Assembly (NCBI GenBank): GCA_964188305.1 | Contig: OZ076888.1 | Length of the DNA stretch: 64,000 nucleotides | Strand: one strand, 5' to 3' | Origin: Podarcis bocagei | Taxonomy: Eukaryota | Part shown: positions 24,530 through 38,350 of the stretch, one piece after another | Layout: each line of letters opens with the position of its first letter | Numbering within the stretch: the stretch's first letter is position 1 | Notes under the pieces: model-generated | What the model was told of the DNA's origin: nothing | Database searches by the model: none | Seen by the model: the letters and a program-made list of their open reading frames with translations, nothing else | Position numbers and translations under genes: made by a program

Positions 24530-24714
24530 CTGGAATTTGTGGCAGAAGAGAGAAAAGTAGGGAAGGGGAGGAGAGAGATGTTTTAAGATTTTCCATTATT
24601 AAGCAGAAGGGGGAAATATGCCACACATTCCTGTAAAAGATGTGCTAAATAAGTAAGTCTGCCCGCCTAATTTGGTAAATTCAAATAGTATTTCAATAAG
24701 AATCTAATTCTTCC

Positions 24715-24880
24715 TCCCAGCAACTTTGTGTGGTGGGACATTATTATATCCATTTTACAGATGGGGAACTGAAAATGAGAAAATGTGTAATTTGCTCAGT
24801 GTCACACTGTGAATCTTGGGCTTGGCTGCAATTTGAAGCAAACTGTCCTCCTTTGGGTTTAGTCAACAGCACAGCTACAG
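24715..24880 (-). mobile_element. MIR-like CORE SINE fragment
   Basis: attatatccattttacagatggggaactga core motif. Confidence 0.65.
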
Positions 24881-25519
24881 AGTCCAACAAACAAAAGTTA
24901 ACACTGTAATGTCCAAACAGAGTAAGAAAAAGCAAGAACCTCAAAACAAAAGGATTTAACAGGAAAGAAGATCTGAGGACTGAAATCTTCTGCTGCATGT
25001 GCTGAGTTTCTCTGCTTGTGGGCGTAATGCAACATCTAAACTAGTACAGAATTTAGTTTGCGGAGCGCTTCCACCTTTGTTTTAAAAATCATGTCTAAAA
25101 AGAACAAGGGCAAAGTTTATCAAAAGGCAGGTCCTTCCTCAGCACATTTCACTCTTCTTAGCTTTCAAATAATCCATATTAACACACTCCAAATCAGCAA
25201 AGCCTCCAAAATAGATCATTTACTCCCAGCACAGAATTACCCCTGAACCAAATATGCTGCTCTTTCTTATGACTGTTTTTTTTTAATTCTAGGCCGCAGG
25301 ACTTGAACAATTCCTGAGCAATAAAAAATGTCATGTAGCATCCACAATTTGAAATATTCCTTTGGTCCTGCTAAAGCATAGTATAATATATTAATGGCTG
25401 GCATTAAGGAATTTAAAATACTCCTGCTAAACGAAAATCAGTTTAATTGGATATTTCATGCAAGCAGAATCTGTATGCTCAAGAAAACGTGCTGACAGCT
25501 ATCTTTTCCCCAAGGACAG

Positions 25520-25540
25520 GTGTGTGTGTGTGTGTGTGTG
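25520..25540. repeat. (GT)n microsatellite
   Basis: ~10 GT units. Confidence 0.9.
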
Positions 25541-26033
25541 TTTTGATAACCCTGGAATCAAGGGTTTAAATTGCTGACTCTGAAGGCTATTTTTACAAAA
25601 ACATAGAAACAGCCTTCCATTCCTTGTGCATGTCTTCCACCATTTCTGTTTTGAGGGCAGAATTTGAATAGGGCTTGTGGAGCAAATCCATCTTTCTTAC
25701 TTGCAACCTCTTCTTGAGCATTAGGAGTAGCGTGGTAGCCAAGACACTCATCATATAATCCCCCAATCTCAATATAATTTATTCCAAACTATGGTTTGAC
25801 ACTGCATGCAAACTGTTAACTTTTAGGCTTAATTTTCAAAAGCTTTTAGATGTATCTGGTTTGTTAACAGCTTTCTGTTTAATTTTTTTGCTTATTGACT
25901 GTTGGCTCTATTCTCTGCCTTTTATATATTTTTTCACTAAAATGGATTGTTTTAATTATGGGGTAAACTGCCTTGGAGGCCTGTATTTGTTAGAAAGGCA
26001 GGATATAAACATCCTCAATAAATAAATAGCTAC

Positions 26034-26152
26034 CTGACAGTGGAATCCGATGATCCAGTGATGATCACCCGCTCATCATACTGGAGGCAAAGGACTGACC
26101 CCGTGTGTCCAGTCAGAACCCTCTTGCATTCTAGCGTATTCTTGTCCCAAAT
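26034..26152 (-). CDS. BTRC: BTRC coding exon: WD2, [39 protein letters not shown](R)
   Basis: 119 nt, cctag acceptor and gtagc donor; WD40 GH...D pattern. Confidence 0.97.
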
Positions 26153-26682
26153 CTAGGAAGGCAAAAAGGGCACACATTTGGGATTTCACTACAAGGTAAA
26201 CAGATTGTATTGCTAGACTGGCTCTTTTGTTTTTCTGTAACACAGCATTTTATTTACTAAGGCGAGCAGAACTTCTTCTAAGTGGCACACAGTGCACTTT
26301 GTATTCCACAGGCACTTTGTAGCAATATAAACTATCCTTAATATCTCTGTTTTTAATATGAACATAGTCTTTACCCTTCTCATTAGGGAACAGGAAGACT
26401 TTAATTACTGAAGGACCAATAATGTGGCTAGCACTGAACAGAATGCAAGAAAATGAAACAGATAATATAGATTTATCCTCCTTGTTTGGAAGAAAGGGAG
26501 GAAAACCAATGCAATTCATAGTCAGACTTGATGGGGGGCACGAGGGGAGGGAAAGGAAGACAAGGATTAACCTCATCCTTCTCAGTTTCTCTCTTGCATT
26601 AGTCCTCCTAAATGAAGTTACACCTGCATTCTTCTGGGGAAAGGATTTTGTGTTCAATCATTGCCCACTGGGGAGCTCTCAC

Positions 26683-26820
26683 CTTGATGGTATTGTCTCG
26701 GAGGCCACTTACTATCTTCTGATCATCATATTGTAAACAATAAACCCCTTTGCTTGTTTCACTTCGGCAGTGGATTCGCTGTAAGCTGTGCCTTCCACAC
26801 CGCCAGTTTGATTCTATTGT
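26683..26820 (-). CDS. BTRC: BTRC coding exon: linker and WD1, [46 protein letters not shown]
   Basis: 138 nt, cag/gtgag; [14 protein letters not shown] is the BTRC type, not the FBXW11 type (HNLQRIQCRSENSK). Confidence 0.97.
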
Positions 26821-27893
26821 CTGGGGGAGAGAGAAACAATTATAAAGTGTGGAACAAACATCATGGAAATTTTGCACCAATAAAGCCTGCTGGACTCCTG
26901 GGACAACAGAAGCCGCTCTGATGCTGAAATCATTTATCATTAGATAGTCCCAGAGCAAGCTAGAAGGAAAAGGAACAAGTCCTTCTCCCTGCCACTTTCC
27001 CAATCCCTAGCTTCCATAAAGTTTCAAATCCCTCTAAGATGATTCTAGTTATTACAAAGAAAGCAAATGCACCATATATCTAGAATATAGCTGAAATTAG
27101 TGGGCTAATTAGTTCCATTCATTTCAGTGTGTCTACTCTGAGTAGAGCTAACATTGGATAAAACCCGGGATGTTCATTTCCCCTTGTGTTGACTGTCCAT
27201 TAGGTAGGTTTCCCCCCTTCCCCCACACTGTTGGCTCCACAGGTATCTGTCCCTTCAGTGATCTTCAAGAATGCAGAACTGGCCGCAATTGTATTCTTTT
27301 CTTTGGAACAGCTTCTCCAGAATTAAGGTCAACAGTGGGTACTGTAAAAAATGCAGGTTGCCTTGATTTGGTCTCAGTGACACTTGGAGAAGCTCAAACA
27401 GTTGTTTGAGTCGGTAAGACTTACTGTGATGAACTTTGTACATCCCTTGATCACAAATGTGACACTGCGAGATGCTTCTTCAATGGAAAGGTTGCCAAAT
27501 TTAATTCAGTGTAATCATGGAAGTTGAACTGAAATGGTATAATACACTGAGATTTAATTGTGGTGAGATGGTATAATCAAAGTGCCTGAACATTCAACTC
27601 CCTTCAAAGAAGGGGAGACCAACTATCAATGGATCTGGTACATACTGTATGACCCCTAAGTGTCTTAAAGACAGACTACTAAATTGTTTTTTTTATAACA
27701 GGACTCAGAGGGAAAATGTGTACAAATATGTACACACTATCACATTTGGCTTTTCTTTCATTCTACAGTAGATGCCGTAGGAAGCTATAACTGGCTGGCA
27801 TCTGTGCAGGAAATTTGAATTGTTTCACACACAACGAAGGAGCTCAGATGGGGGTTTCACATGCAATTGCATAGTCTTTTTTCTGGCTCTTAC

Positions 27894-27990
27894 CTCTATA
27901 TCCTGTATAATTTTGGGATAAAGTGCTCTGTAGAAGGAGTTGGGAGGGGCTATCCCATCGGGTGGCTTGTTCTTAAAAAGATACTGTCCC
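27894..27990 (-). CDS. BTRC: BTRC coding exon: [32 protein letters not shown]
   Basis: 97 nt, tttag acceptor and gtaag donor; phase consistent with neighbours. Confidence 0.96.
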
Positions 27991-30489
27991 CTAAAAGAAA
28001 GGAAGAAAGAAAAGCAGCATTGCTCATTTAGCCATGGCTATTTCATTCGAGGATTTGCGAGAGAGACTTGTAGAGCTTATGTTTGGTAGATGAAAATCGA
28101 TGATTTAAAAGGGATGCTGTAGGGTCCGCATCATAATACTACTGCCTTTAGACATGTGGCAATTCATCAAATGGTAGGCATCTAAATAAATATATGGCCC
28201 TTTTGCAAGTAAAGGTGGATAGATAAAAGGGTCCTTCAAAGGAAAGTGAGAATAGAAGAGGACCTCAGTATGTTCCCCACGTTCTAATTGCTCCAAAACA
28301 AAAAGAAATTAAGCAATTCATAGTATCAGCAATAGCATTTTACTGCTCCTCTAATCTTCTGAGTAAACTGCATTAGCTTCTTCCTCAACTTAGCCTGGTC
28401 ATGGAATGCACATTTTTGCCAGAGAAAGGGAGGGAAACCCAGTGAACGGCAATCACTTCATGCTGTGTAAATTTTTTAAAATTCCTCATCCTAAAGTTAA
28501 GGAGCCACCTAACACTGTGCGGAAGCTAGTAAACCCCACCATGGGCATACTAACAACTCTTCTGCCTGGCAACATTCCTTGTGAAGCAGAAATGGGCACA
28601 AATCCTCCGAGTATAATCCTGGCATGTGAGGCATGGCATTTAGCCTAGGCCAGCTCTCTGCTCCCCATTTCACTGTTGCATTATTTCCGACAGGTTTTTT
28701 TCTATGCATTCCTTCCTTGCCACAAATCTGAAAATATATGCTGAGAAGTTTCCTTTTGCGTGAGATGCCCTGGGCACATGCAAGGTAAACCCTGCTTTGG
28801 AAGAGTGATTTGAATCAACAAAATGACTAATAAAAATACTGAGCAGTGTGATACAAGGGGGGGGGGATACATACAATTTCAAACACACATTTCTGGAAAA
28901 ACTAAGCTCTAACAAATCTCCATTTTAAAATATAGCAGGTATAATGCTTTGCCTACAAGAATGTCAAGCTTTGCAAACTTTCCCTAGTTGTATGTGTAGC
29001 TCAGCAACACCTTATAAGTAAGCAATGGTACCCTCTGCAAACTAGCAGATTTGTGCCCCTAATGAGAAAAAGAACCCCAATGCTGAACTGTTAGCCGAGA
29101 AAGTATCAGAAGCTACTCATTCCCCACTTTCTATCTTATGAGTATGCACCATTCATCTCCCTGGAAGAGAACTCTATGCAGGCATCTTGAAGATGTTGGA
29201 AGCAGCACATTCGCATTACTGCCTAGACATTTTGTCAGTGTGCTGTTTGACATGTTAACTATGACCCACCAAGATCTCCACAATCAGAAGTCAGTTTTGC
29301 TCACTACAGATTCTGAAGCAGCAAAAGTAATGTCTGTGCCTTGCTTGTTGTTAATTCTGCCATGGGAAAGTAATCTGGGTACCTCTAGAAATCAATACTA
29401 AATACAGAACTGTATTTTAGGTATTTTTTGAAGCGCTGAAAGCATTACACAAACATTTTTTCTGCCCTCATAATCTATTAAACTGTAACATATTTCTAGT
29501 GCCAAAGCCCTTAATAGAATTTGCACTTGGCAAGTTTCTGGCCTTATTTTTAATTTTTGTTTTAATAGCAGCTAAAATGCCTTAGCTGTCACCTTTGTCT
29601 TGTTTATGAAATATTCATACCCATTTCCTCACAGACAACATACGAGGGAGGCTCCTTGGATAGAAAATTATGTATTAAGGGGATTACCCAAGAGAGCGAA
29701 GCATCTAATGAAATGTTAACAGAGCAGCTCTAGACTTGGGGAAAGTCTTGCATAATAGAAAAAACTATTCCGTCTGATTAACTAATCTATCTGAATTTCT
29801 GCATGCTTGCCCTCAGTGGTTTGTACTCTTGGCTTTATGGCTAAAGATAAAACAGGTCTCTAATTGTGAAAATCTGCTGAGGAAAACAAAAGTGACCTAA
29901 CACATTCATAACATGTAAAATGCACCTACTTTAGTTGTACAGCGAGTACATAAACTTCTGAAAGTCTAATGAATTAATATATCAAAGACTGCTCTAAGTA
30001 ACGGGAGGGAAGGATACTGTATGTTACACAGACTTACGCTGCTTGTTCACCCACCCAAAAGAAGGGCCATCACTGGTGGACGGTTGAGGTGAAACAGAGT
30101 GACCACCCCAGACTCTGGACTTGGCTGATGGTCCGCATCTGGCACTGGCAGCTACAACTGGCAGCCCTGCTACCTCTCACCCAGCAAGGCTTTGCACCTC
30201 TTCCCTTCATACAGCAAGGCAGGGGGAGAGGAAATGGGGTTGGAGGGCCTTTCCAGCACATCTGCTGCTAAACCAGCATCAAAAGGGGGGGGGGAGTAAG
30301 CCGTGTGTGTGTGTGTGTGCGTGTGTGTGGAGAGAGACTAAAGTCGTTGCAAATCACCTGACAGCAAAGAAAAAAGATTGACTTCTATTATCAGATAGCT
30401 CTGCAGTTTGTTTCGACTTTACATTTCAACCTCTGATGAAGGCCCAACATTGATATATGCCGAAAGGCCTTGGGTTTATTGACTGATTG

Positions 30490-30711
30490 AGTGATTATAT
30501 TTATATCCCATCTTTTCTCTAAGGATCTGAAGGTGGCATACATAGTTCTGCTGCTCCTCACTTAATCCCCACAACAACCTTGTAAGGTAGGTTAAGGTTA
30601 GAGGCAGTGACTGGCCCAAGGTCACCCAGTGAGCCCGATGGCTAAGTGGGGCTTTGAATGCTTGTCTCCCTGGTCCTATTCTGACACTAATCCCTACCCC
30701 ACAGTGGCTCT
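30490..30711 (-). mobile_element. Squam3-type SINE
   Basis: atttatatccc..cacaacaacc..gtgactggcccaaggtcacccagtgagc..ccacagtggctct, the reverse complement of a Squam3-type element. Confidence 0.8.
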
Positions 30712-31431
30712 AAAAACTCCATACAGCATCTAGGGATTTTTCTCCTTCATTTTTTGGTAAAGGAAAAACAATTTTGATGGGGGAGAGGAGGGGCTGCCAC
30801 CACCACCACCACCACTGCCATTGCCATGAAGAGAAGGAGGAGCAGCAGAATATATATATGCTGGATATATATATATCAGATATATGAGAGGACGTATCCC
30901 CTGTTCCTGTTACTAAGCTTGGCCAGTCATCTCTGGAGGTAGAACTAAATTACTGGATTCTGCTTCCGGATCAAGGGGAAGTGCCTACCTGCCCCAAGTT
31001 AGGAAATAATACATACTCCCAAAAAACGGCCTCAGGAAAAAAATGAAGAATGAATGGTAGAATTTAAAAGGCAATCTTCAATTTTCAGATAAAATGAACT
31101 GTCATACTGATGACCTAAAGCTGTTTTCAATTTACTTGTTTTGCTAGGCTAAGTCAGTGCAAGGATTCCTGTTAGCACAATGGGACCTTTCCCATGCCAT
31201 CCCCAAATCTGTTCTGGAGGGTCTGGAGAACCCACAGAACAGCAGGTGATGGGAGGCGATGGAAGATCGTTTCATCAGAGAAGTAGAAATTCTTGCACTG
31301 ATGGAATGATCTCCTCAGCATTGTGTTGAATACAGCCCCATACCATTTAAAAACCATACCACTGTGAGTCGGAAATTACCAGCACCTACTCCCTCACTGA
31401 ACAAGGGAAACTGCATGAAAGATGCTCTCAC

Positions 31432-31618
31432 CATCCTCTCCGCTCTGCCAAACCCCTCCACAGCGAGTCCGTCCGGACCATTCTCTCAATCAGCTTCTTC
31501 CACAGCATGCCGTCAGATGTCACTCGGTACCATTCCTTGCACACCAGCTCAACAGCACACAAAGACTTGGCATCCAGGTACGACAGGATATTCTCAGCGA
31601 TGTGATCCAGGCCGCGAG
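31432..31618 (-). CDS. BTRC: BTRC coding exon: F-box, (A)[61 protein letters not shown](W)
   Basis: 187 nt, ttccag acceptor and gtgag donor; hand translation gives the F-box motif; not captured by the ORF track. Confidence 0.97.
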
Positions 31619-32091
31619 CTGGAAGGGAAAAAGTATAGGCAATTAATTAGCACTGGAGAGTTCATGAGAAGCCCATCTCTGCTCAGACATTTTCACCCCC
31701 ACTGTTGCTCATTCCCTTCCCTGTAATGCAGAGCTGGGATGACTGGGCAGAAAATAGTCTCCTGTGAAGTTCTGAAACCAGCAGCTTCTTATGGATAAGA
31801 AACAGCAAAGCATTAAAGATAAAAGTGGAAAGTGTTAGAGATGATCAAGAATCCTGGAAGTCATTTCCAATCTATTTCTATGAGTTTTAGCACTAGGGGG
31901 ATGTTCAATGGAAGGCTTTTCTCACTTGATGATGCACCCCCCCCCAATCTTGCTATATTAGGACCATTTCTCATTTTGCTACTACAGCTGTTCTTGTATT
32001 CCACCAGCTCAGAAAGCTACTTTTTGATGCAAAGAAGAAAGGAATAAAAGGTCCAATTATCACTTACGAAAAAGGGGTGGTGGTGGTGAAG

Positions 32092-32205
32092 CTTTTAATG
32101 TTTGACGGATTACTGTATTTTAATATTTTGTTGGAAGCCACCCAGAGTGGCTGGGGAAATAAATAGTAGTAGTAGTAATAATAATAATAATAATTACTAC
32201 TACTA
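32092..32205 (+). mobile_element. L2 LINE extreme 3' end with (TAA)n/(TAG)n tail
   Basis: ttttaatgtttga..gttggaagccacccagagtggctgggga, same as the copies at ~39285 and ~62700. Confidence 0.65.
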
Positions 32206-32221
32206 CAGGACTAGAAAGTTT

Positions 32222-32392
32222 TAGGAACACTGGGAGTTGCCATATACATAATTGGGTCCATCTAATTCAGTACTGTCTACAACTCACAGTGGAGGGGAGA
32301 GAAGAATCTTACCTGGGAGATACCAGAAACTGAACTTGGCACCTTTTGTATGCAACCCATGTGCTCTATCACTGAGCTACAATTCTTCTGCC
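32222..32392 (-). mobile_element. Squam2-like SINE
   Basis: ggtccatcta..cagtactgtctac..ggagatacca..accttttgtatgcaa..tgctctatcactgagcta (tRNA head in reverse). Confidence 0.7.
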
Positions 32393-34145
32393 ATGCGTTG
32401 GAAAGTATTGGATTCTTAAGGCTTATATTATAACTGAACCAAGAACTCAGAAGTGCTCCCACATTACAAATGCTTTTCATATATGCTAGTTCATATCATA
32501 GAGCTAGCACAGAGAAGACCTAAAAAATACATGCACATAGACCAAAGTGCTCTTGTGGGAGAGACTCTGGCTCTCAAACTGGAGAGATGCTTCTGTCTAA
32601 AGTCATGAAGGATCATCAATGGGAATTGTGGGTAAACCATGATTTCTTGTGGCATCTAGTGAATACGAGCTACTGGGTTTTTTGAGTGGGTAGATTAATG
32701 TTCAATTTGCAAGGCTACTTTAGTTGCTTGATCAAATCCGCCCCCATCCCCAGTTTCACTTGGGAAAGAGTCAAGCATGCCAGATTAGCATAGCAGGCAA
32801 CTTTTCTCTCCAAATAAAAAGCTACCAAACATCCAGAGAGAGATCAAATGCTTCATTTCCTGCTCTTGTTACAGCTGCCCCAAAGACTGAGCTTCATTTG
32901 TCAACAACAGAGGCTGAGCGTAGGAAGCCATGAATGCATTTTGGGATGGCTGGGGTCACATGTCTTACATTTAAGCAGACGATGCAGAGTGAGATGCCTA
33001 TCAGATGATTCTGATCAGGATTTACAGAGGACACGCTGTACCAAGACTTTGCTGCTGACAAGCAGAAGACCTCATAATGAGCTTCTCATGTATCAAAGTA
33101 GTTTTTCTCCCTCCATATTCTCAGGACAAATTCATGAAAAGTAATTTTATAAAGAAATGTGATTTCTAAGAGACAACTCTTTCAACCCCAACACTCCTAG
33201 ATGCGGGGGCAGAGTTTTCCTAAAATGAAAAATAAACCAAGCAGCATAATTCCACTTGACAGACAAGACAAACTTCAGCAAGTAAAAGAAATACTCAACA
33301 GACCAAACAATTTTTTTTGCTGTTACCACCTTTTCCAAAGGAGTGGGGTGCTGTCCCTTATTTCTGCTACATCTCGAATGCAGAACAATGTTAGGAGAGA
33401 ATCTGCTCCTTTTTTCAGCTCTGAGTTTGGAGCTGGGGTGGGGCAGCAAGTAAGCTCCTGCTTGCCCACAGCTCATTGTTAGGACAGAAGGTTGCTTTCC
33501 AGTGTGTTCCTTGGGCGCTAAAAGCTCAAAGCACATTCAGGCACAGAGACAAGCTGATGGGCCTCCACTTTCCCGCTTCATCTACAGCTGAAGGCAGAGG
33601 CATCCTGATTTGATCTGCCTCTGTGTCCAACAGTGGCTCCAAGTTTGGAACACCTCTTGGGTGCACAGATAAGCCCATAAGCTTCTGCCTCCAATATCCA
33701 CCTCCAACCTGAAAATGGGAGGTGAAGGCACATCAGTTTGCTTCTCCATGTTAGTCCCAAGTTTGGGCTCACCACGGCCCAGTGTTCCATTTGCCACAGT
33801 GAGGCAGTGATAGATACAGATTATTTCTCCAACACCAAAAGCTATTGAAGAATATACTTAAATATAAACTGTGATGTTAAGGCTTTAGATTTTCATCATT
33901 CACTATGTTAAAGCTAAATAAATTGGGCAAAATTCCAGGCAAAGAATTCTTCCATTGACAAGAAGAAATGTCAAAACTTTACCTATGAGCATATGTGGCA
34001 GGTACAGTGTGACTCATAGAACATGACAACCACCACCTTCTATAGAGCATCTTTTTTTTTACACCACAATTTAGGGTGGGAGGAATCCCTTCTAGATGGC
34101 AAGGAGGACTTCTGTTTTACTTCCCTCACCCAGGAGCTTCTAGGC

Positions 34146-34314
34146 CAGGGGTTGTCAACCTGGTCCCTACTGCCCACTAGTGGGCATTTCAGGATTCTAG
34201 GTGGGTGGTAGGGGGTTCTACGGCACAAGCTGAATCCTCCTTCCATCGAGCACTGGTCATCAAGTGAAAGATGCATTAGTGAGCAGTGGGTATAAAAAAG
34301 GTTGACTACCCCTG
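34146..34314. mobile_element. hAT (Charlie-like) MITE
   Basis: TIR CAGGGGTTGTCAACCT...AGGTTGACTACCCCTG; TSD ttctaggc/ttctagac. Confidence 0.88.
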
Positions 34315-34682
34315 TTCTAGACTGAACTGAACATTTTGCATAGGAAATAATATGCTGTACAGAAATTACACGAACTTGATGACCCCCTTCCCAAGACCCT
34401 GCTAATTTCTATGATCATAAAGTCCAAATCCTGTTAACTGTTATGTGCCCCCAGTAAATGAAAGACAACTAACCAAACATCACAAGTGCACCTAGGGGGG
34501 AAAAACCATGACAGCATACATTTTATGATAGGTGACATATCCTCAAATGGCAACTCCTTTCTAGGACTCCAGGGACAGAACACCCTGCTACTGAAGAAAG
34601 CCGTTCGAGAAAAGTCAAGGTCTTTTTACACATTTTTGAAGCCTGCAAAGTCTGTGTGTTTGCCAATAGCTTTTCAGACTAC

Positions 34683-34914
34683 CTGGTAGTGCCGTGATGA
34701 AGTCTCTCTGTAACATAGGTTTGAGGTATGAGTTGATGTGCCCGTGCTGATAATGACACATCTGGGAGATGAGATGTTCCACAAATTCCACTTGGTCGGA
34801 CTCTGACCACTGCTCAAAATACTTGATACAGAGCTCCTTCTCCTTCTCATAGCTTGCAGATAGCTTCCTTTGCTTTGGCACAATCATGCTTGAAGTGCCA
34901 TTGGCAAGTTTTGT
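34683..34914 (-). CDS. BTRC: BTRC coding exon (human exon 5 equivalent): dimerisation D-domain, [18 protein letters not shown]...[11 protein letters not shown]
   Basis: 232 nt, ag acceptor at 34916-34915 and gt donor at 34682-34681; translation near-identical to human beta-TrCP1 as I recall it; phase 0 in, phase 1 out. Confidence 0.97.
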
Positions 34915-37900
34915 CTATGGAAGAAAAGAATAAAATGTACAACACTGAATTTTTCAGGGCAGAGAATTTGACATCCTTAGAAGACAATACATTACACATA
35001 AACCTACCCATGTGATGGAACAAACAAATCCATCCAGCTCCTAATTACATGTTATACAGTCTAAACTTCTGCAAGTTTCCAGCCACTTTAGTGCACTAAT
35101 ACATGCCTGTCTGATGCTTCACATCTAAAACCTTTTTAAAAAGTCCATTCTGGACTGCTACTAAAATTGTAAAAAAACATATAAGATACAAAAGAGGGGA
35201 GGAAATTCCCCAATGCTGCTGTTCAGCATCATGTAGAGTATGAAACAAATATGTCTTATTTAAAAACTATGAACATACAGTAGTGAAACTTTAAAAATAA
35301 CATTTTATAAAACTATGTGTTTTGACCTTCTGGTTTTATAGTGTTAGATACTCACCATGAAACCGGCTCCTCAAAGACAAATTTCAGGGACGGATAAAAA
35401 GTATGAACCTCTTCTATGATAGTTTTAAGGAGGAGGGCCAATTCAAATGTTTTGTTAACAAATTTAACTAGATTTAAGTAACAGTATCTTGCTGCTATGG
35501 AGGACATCCTATGACGTCCATGTTGTTCCAACACTACCAAACTAAAGGTCCTTTAGCATATGTTGTCTCAGACATTTCCTTCCAATAGACTGAAACACAT
35601 CTAGGGAGGACAAGTGTGCATGTCTTGAAGACTTCCAAGAAGTTCAGGCCATGAGAAGTTTTGATAGTGCACATTTGTTATTAGACATAATTGTAACAGT
35701 CCATTAAAGAATAGTGCAGTGACTTGCTACAGACTGTTATGCATGGTGATAAAAAGAAATAACCCAATAGTCCAATCTTGATCTTGTAAAGGCACTGCAC
35801 TGAAGAGTAAACTCATAGGACCAAACAGTTCCCTGTGCAACTGCTGGGCTCTAATATGAATTGCAGCATTTGATCAGGCGAACCAAGTTATTGGTTTTAC
35901 ATGGCTGAGTGTGGAAAGAATATAGATGGACACAAAGCTCAGTGTCCTTTATACATAAAGACTTGCACCCTGAGAACTAGAAGCCTCACCCTTATGCCCA
36001 AATGTCAGTCTTCTGGAAATACTTCTTGTTTTTCTAATATACGGTACTATATGAAAATAAAGGATGTGTGTTGTTGTTTTTGTGGGGTTTTTTTTTGCAG
36101 ATTGAGGGTTAGAATGAAAACAGATCTTACATATTTTTTCATATACCACTAGGATCCGTATGCTACACAGACAGATTCTACGCCATGCAGAACAATCATA
36201 CCTATGATTGATTGCTAATGCTCCTTCAGCAATTGACCGACAAGCAAAATATTTGGTTGGCAAACCAAGAAACATCATAAACAAAATTGGATTCTCGCTC
36301 TCTATTGAGGCCTCAACAGTCTTTATGGAAATGATAAAACATAGCTCCTTGGTGTAGAAGTGCTGGGTTTCTCCATGCACAAATGTTGTTGGCGATAGCC
36401 TAGCATTAAAGCATGAAGGTTGGACTCTATTGAACACTGGCCTGGAGGGATTCTGTGGCTGTTTTCACAGCAGTTCAGTTGTTTGCAGAACGAGAAAACC
36501 AATGAAACGCTGGATTAAGATTTAGATAGTTGATAAATGGTGTATTTTATAAGCCTGACCTCATTTCATTTCCCATTTCATTTGCTGCACAGCCAATCTT
36601 ACAGCAGGCTGTCTTCATCCAGCATGTTTTTAAAATCATTACCTTCTGCCTTTTTACCTACTCCCTTCTCAGAAAAAAACATTGTCTTTGAATTTTGAAC
36701 ACAAGTGAGCCAAAGCACCAATCTGCATAAGTAGCAATGTTACAAGTCAGGATGCAAGGGTGACCTCTGAGGACCAGTCTATACCATCAAACATCCTGTG
36801 ATGATAACCCCCCAAATTCCCTGTTTCCATGCTGAAGTGCTCAATGAAATACTAATGTGCTGGGTATCTACAACGCTGGCAACTATTTTACATAGATTTA
36901 AAATATATATTTATAAAAATAGAGATAGCTCAAATGAAGTTATCCCAACATCTTTCATTATTGGCCATGGTGGCTGGGGATGATGGGATTTATAATTCAA
37001 CAACATCTGAGGGATACCACGTTGGCTACCCCAGCCTTAAATTACTGGGAATCATAGGAATCCAGCATGTTTCAGATGATATATTTCCTTCCCATGTGTA
37101 CAAGATGGACTAAATATGAAGACAATTTTGTTTCATCAGAACAATCTGTGGATTTCTTGTGCATTCCATCTGAATGCACTGATCTATTTTTAACCAAATA
37201 GAGAAAGGGACTGGCTTTGACTGCCTTGAGGGTGGTGGTTGGAGACATTCTATATAATTTGTCAGAATATCAACTAGTTGCTATTCTTCCCTCTTTAGAT
37301 GATATATCTTAACAGATGGTAGCAAATTCCTGGATTATCTAGACCCATTTTGGATTTGGATCTTGACCCAGTTTGGGAACTGAAACTGCCTTCTTCACCT
37401 GGTTTGACCACCACAGTCAGAAGACAGGGGAGTGTAACCCTTTTGATTCTCCTGGACCTCTCAGTGGCTTTCAAATACTATTTATTTAAGTAGTTACTCT
37501 GAATAGTTTGTCCTGTCCTAGCATGTCTCAGTGATCCCAGGAAGGCCAGGTCAAAGCAGTGGCACTTACTGGAAAGGTCAGCTCTTCATGTCTAGAAGAG
37601 CGGAGTCACAACTGGTGGGGCAAGCCTAGTTTGAGAGAGCACTATCAAGACGGCTATGCATGAGCACAACAGACAAGACAGAACACCATCTGTCAGGACC
37701 CTGGACAAATCACAGTGGCAGGATGTGGCTGGAACTCACCCAAGGAGTGCTGTTTGTCTCAGCAACAACCTGAGGTCTCCTGGTGGGACTGAATTTGTCT
37801 TTAACTCTGCTCTCTCCGAGGCGATTTCTTTTTCTAAAGGAACCACTGCCCAGTTCTGTGACTGCTGGCTCCTACTGGGCAGTGAGAGCTGCAATGGAGG

Positions 37901-38227
37901 TGTGCTCTCTGATGTCTGGAAGGTCCTGAAGCAAAGGACACCAGCTCTTTGAATGACGTCTCCTCCCCTCAAGTTTTCATCTGAGCCAGAAGGAGAATTG
38001 TTTGAGTTTGGCTCATAGGCTGCTGGAATGGTTTTGCATTGCTGTTGAGTTGTCTGAACTGTTTTTAGGATTTATACAATGTTTAAGCACCTTACAGTTT
38101 TGGTTGGTTGGGATAGGCGAGTAATTCACAAGCCACTTTTACTCATCCCTACCTCTTTTGCAATGGTGGGCTCCTTCCAGAAAGCAACACTTTCTTTCCC
38201 CCAGCATAAGCAAGTAAGCAAACAGCA

Positions 38228-38350
38228 GCATAGGAACACAAGCAGCTGCTTTAATACTGAGTCAGGCCATTCATGCATCTAGATCAATACTGCCTACACT
38301 GACTCCAGCAGCTGTCCAGGTTGTTTTACCACTGAGTTATGGCCCTTCTC
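38228..38350 (-). mobile_element. Internally deleted Squam2-like SINE
   Basis: agctgctttaatactgagtcaggccatt..catctag..tacactgact..taccactgagttatggcccttc. Confidence 0.6.

Noticed and set aside
17518-34914. Identity as the paralog FBXW11 (beta-TrCP2)
   Set aside because: Diagnostic residues ([38 protein letters not shown]) are BTRC-type
35949-36437. 162-aa minus-strand ORF, and a possible ATG AAA AAA TAT|gtaaga mini first exon (MKKY, 36142-36131) in phase with the D-domain exon
   Set aside because: GTG start, no recognisable domain, and the tail runs through low-complexity sequence. The MKKY exon has no promoter or CpG evidence and a weak donor context
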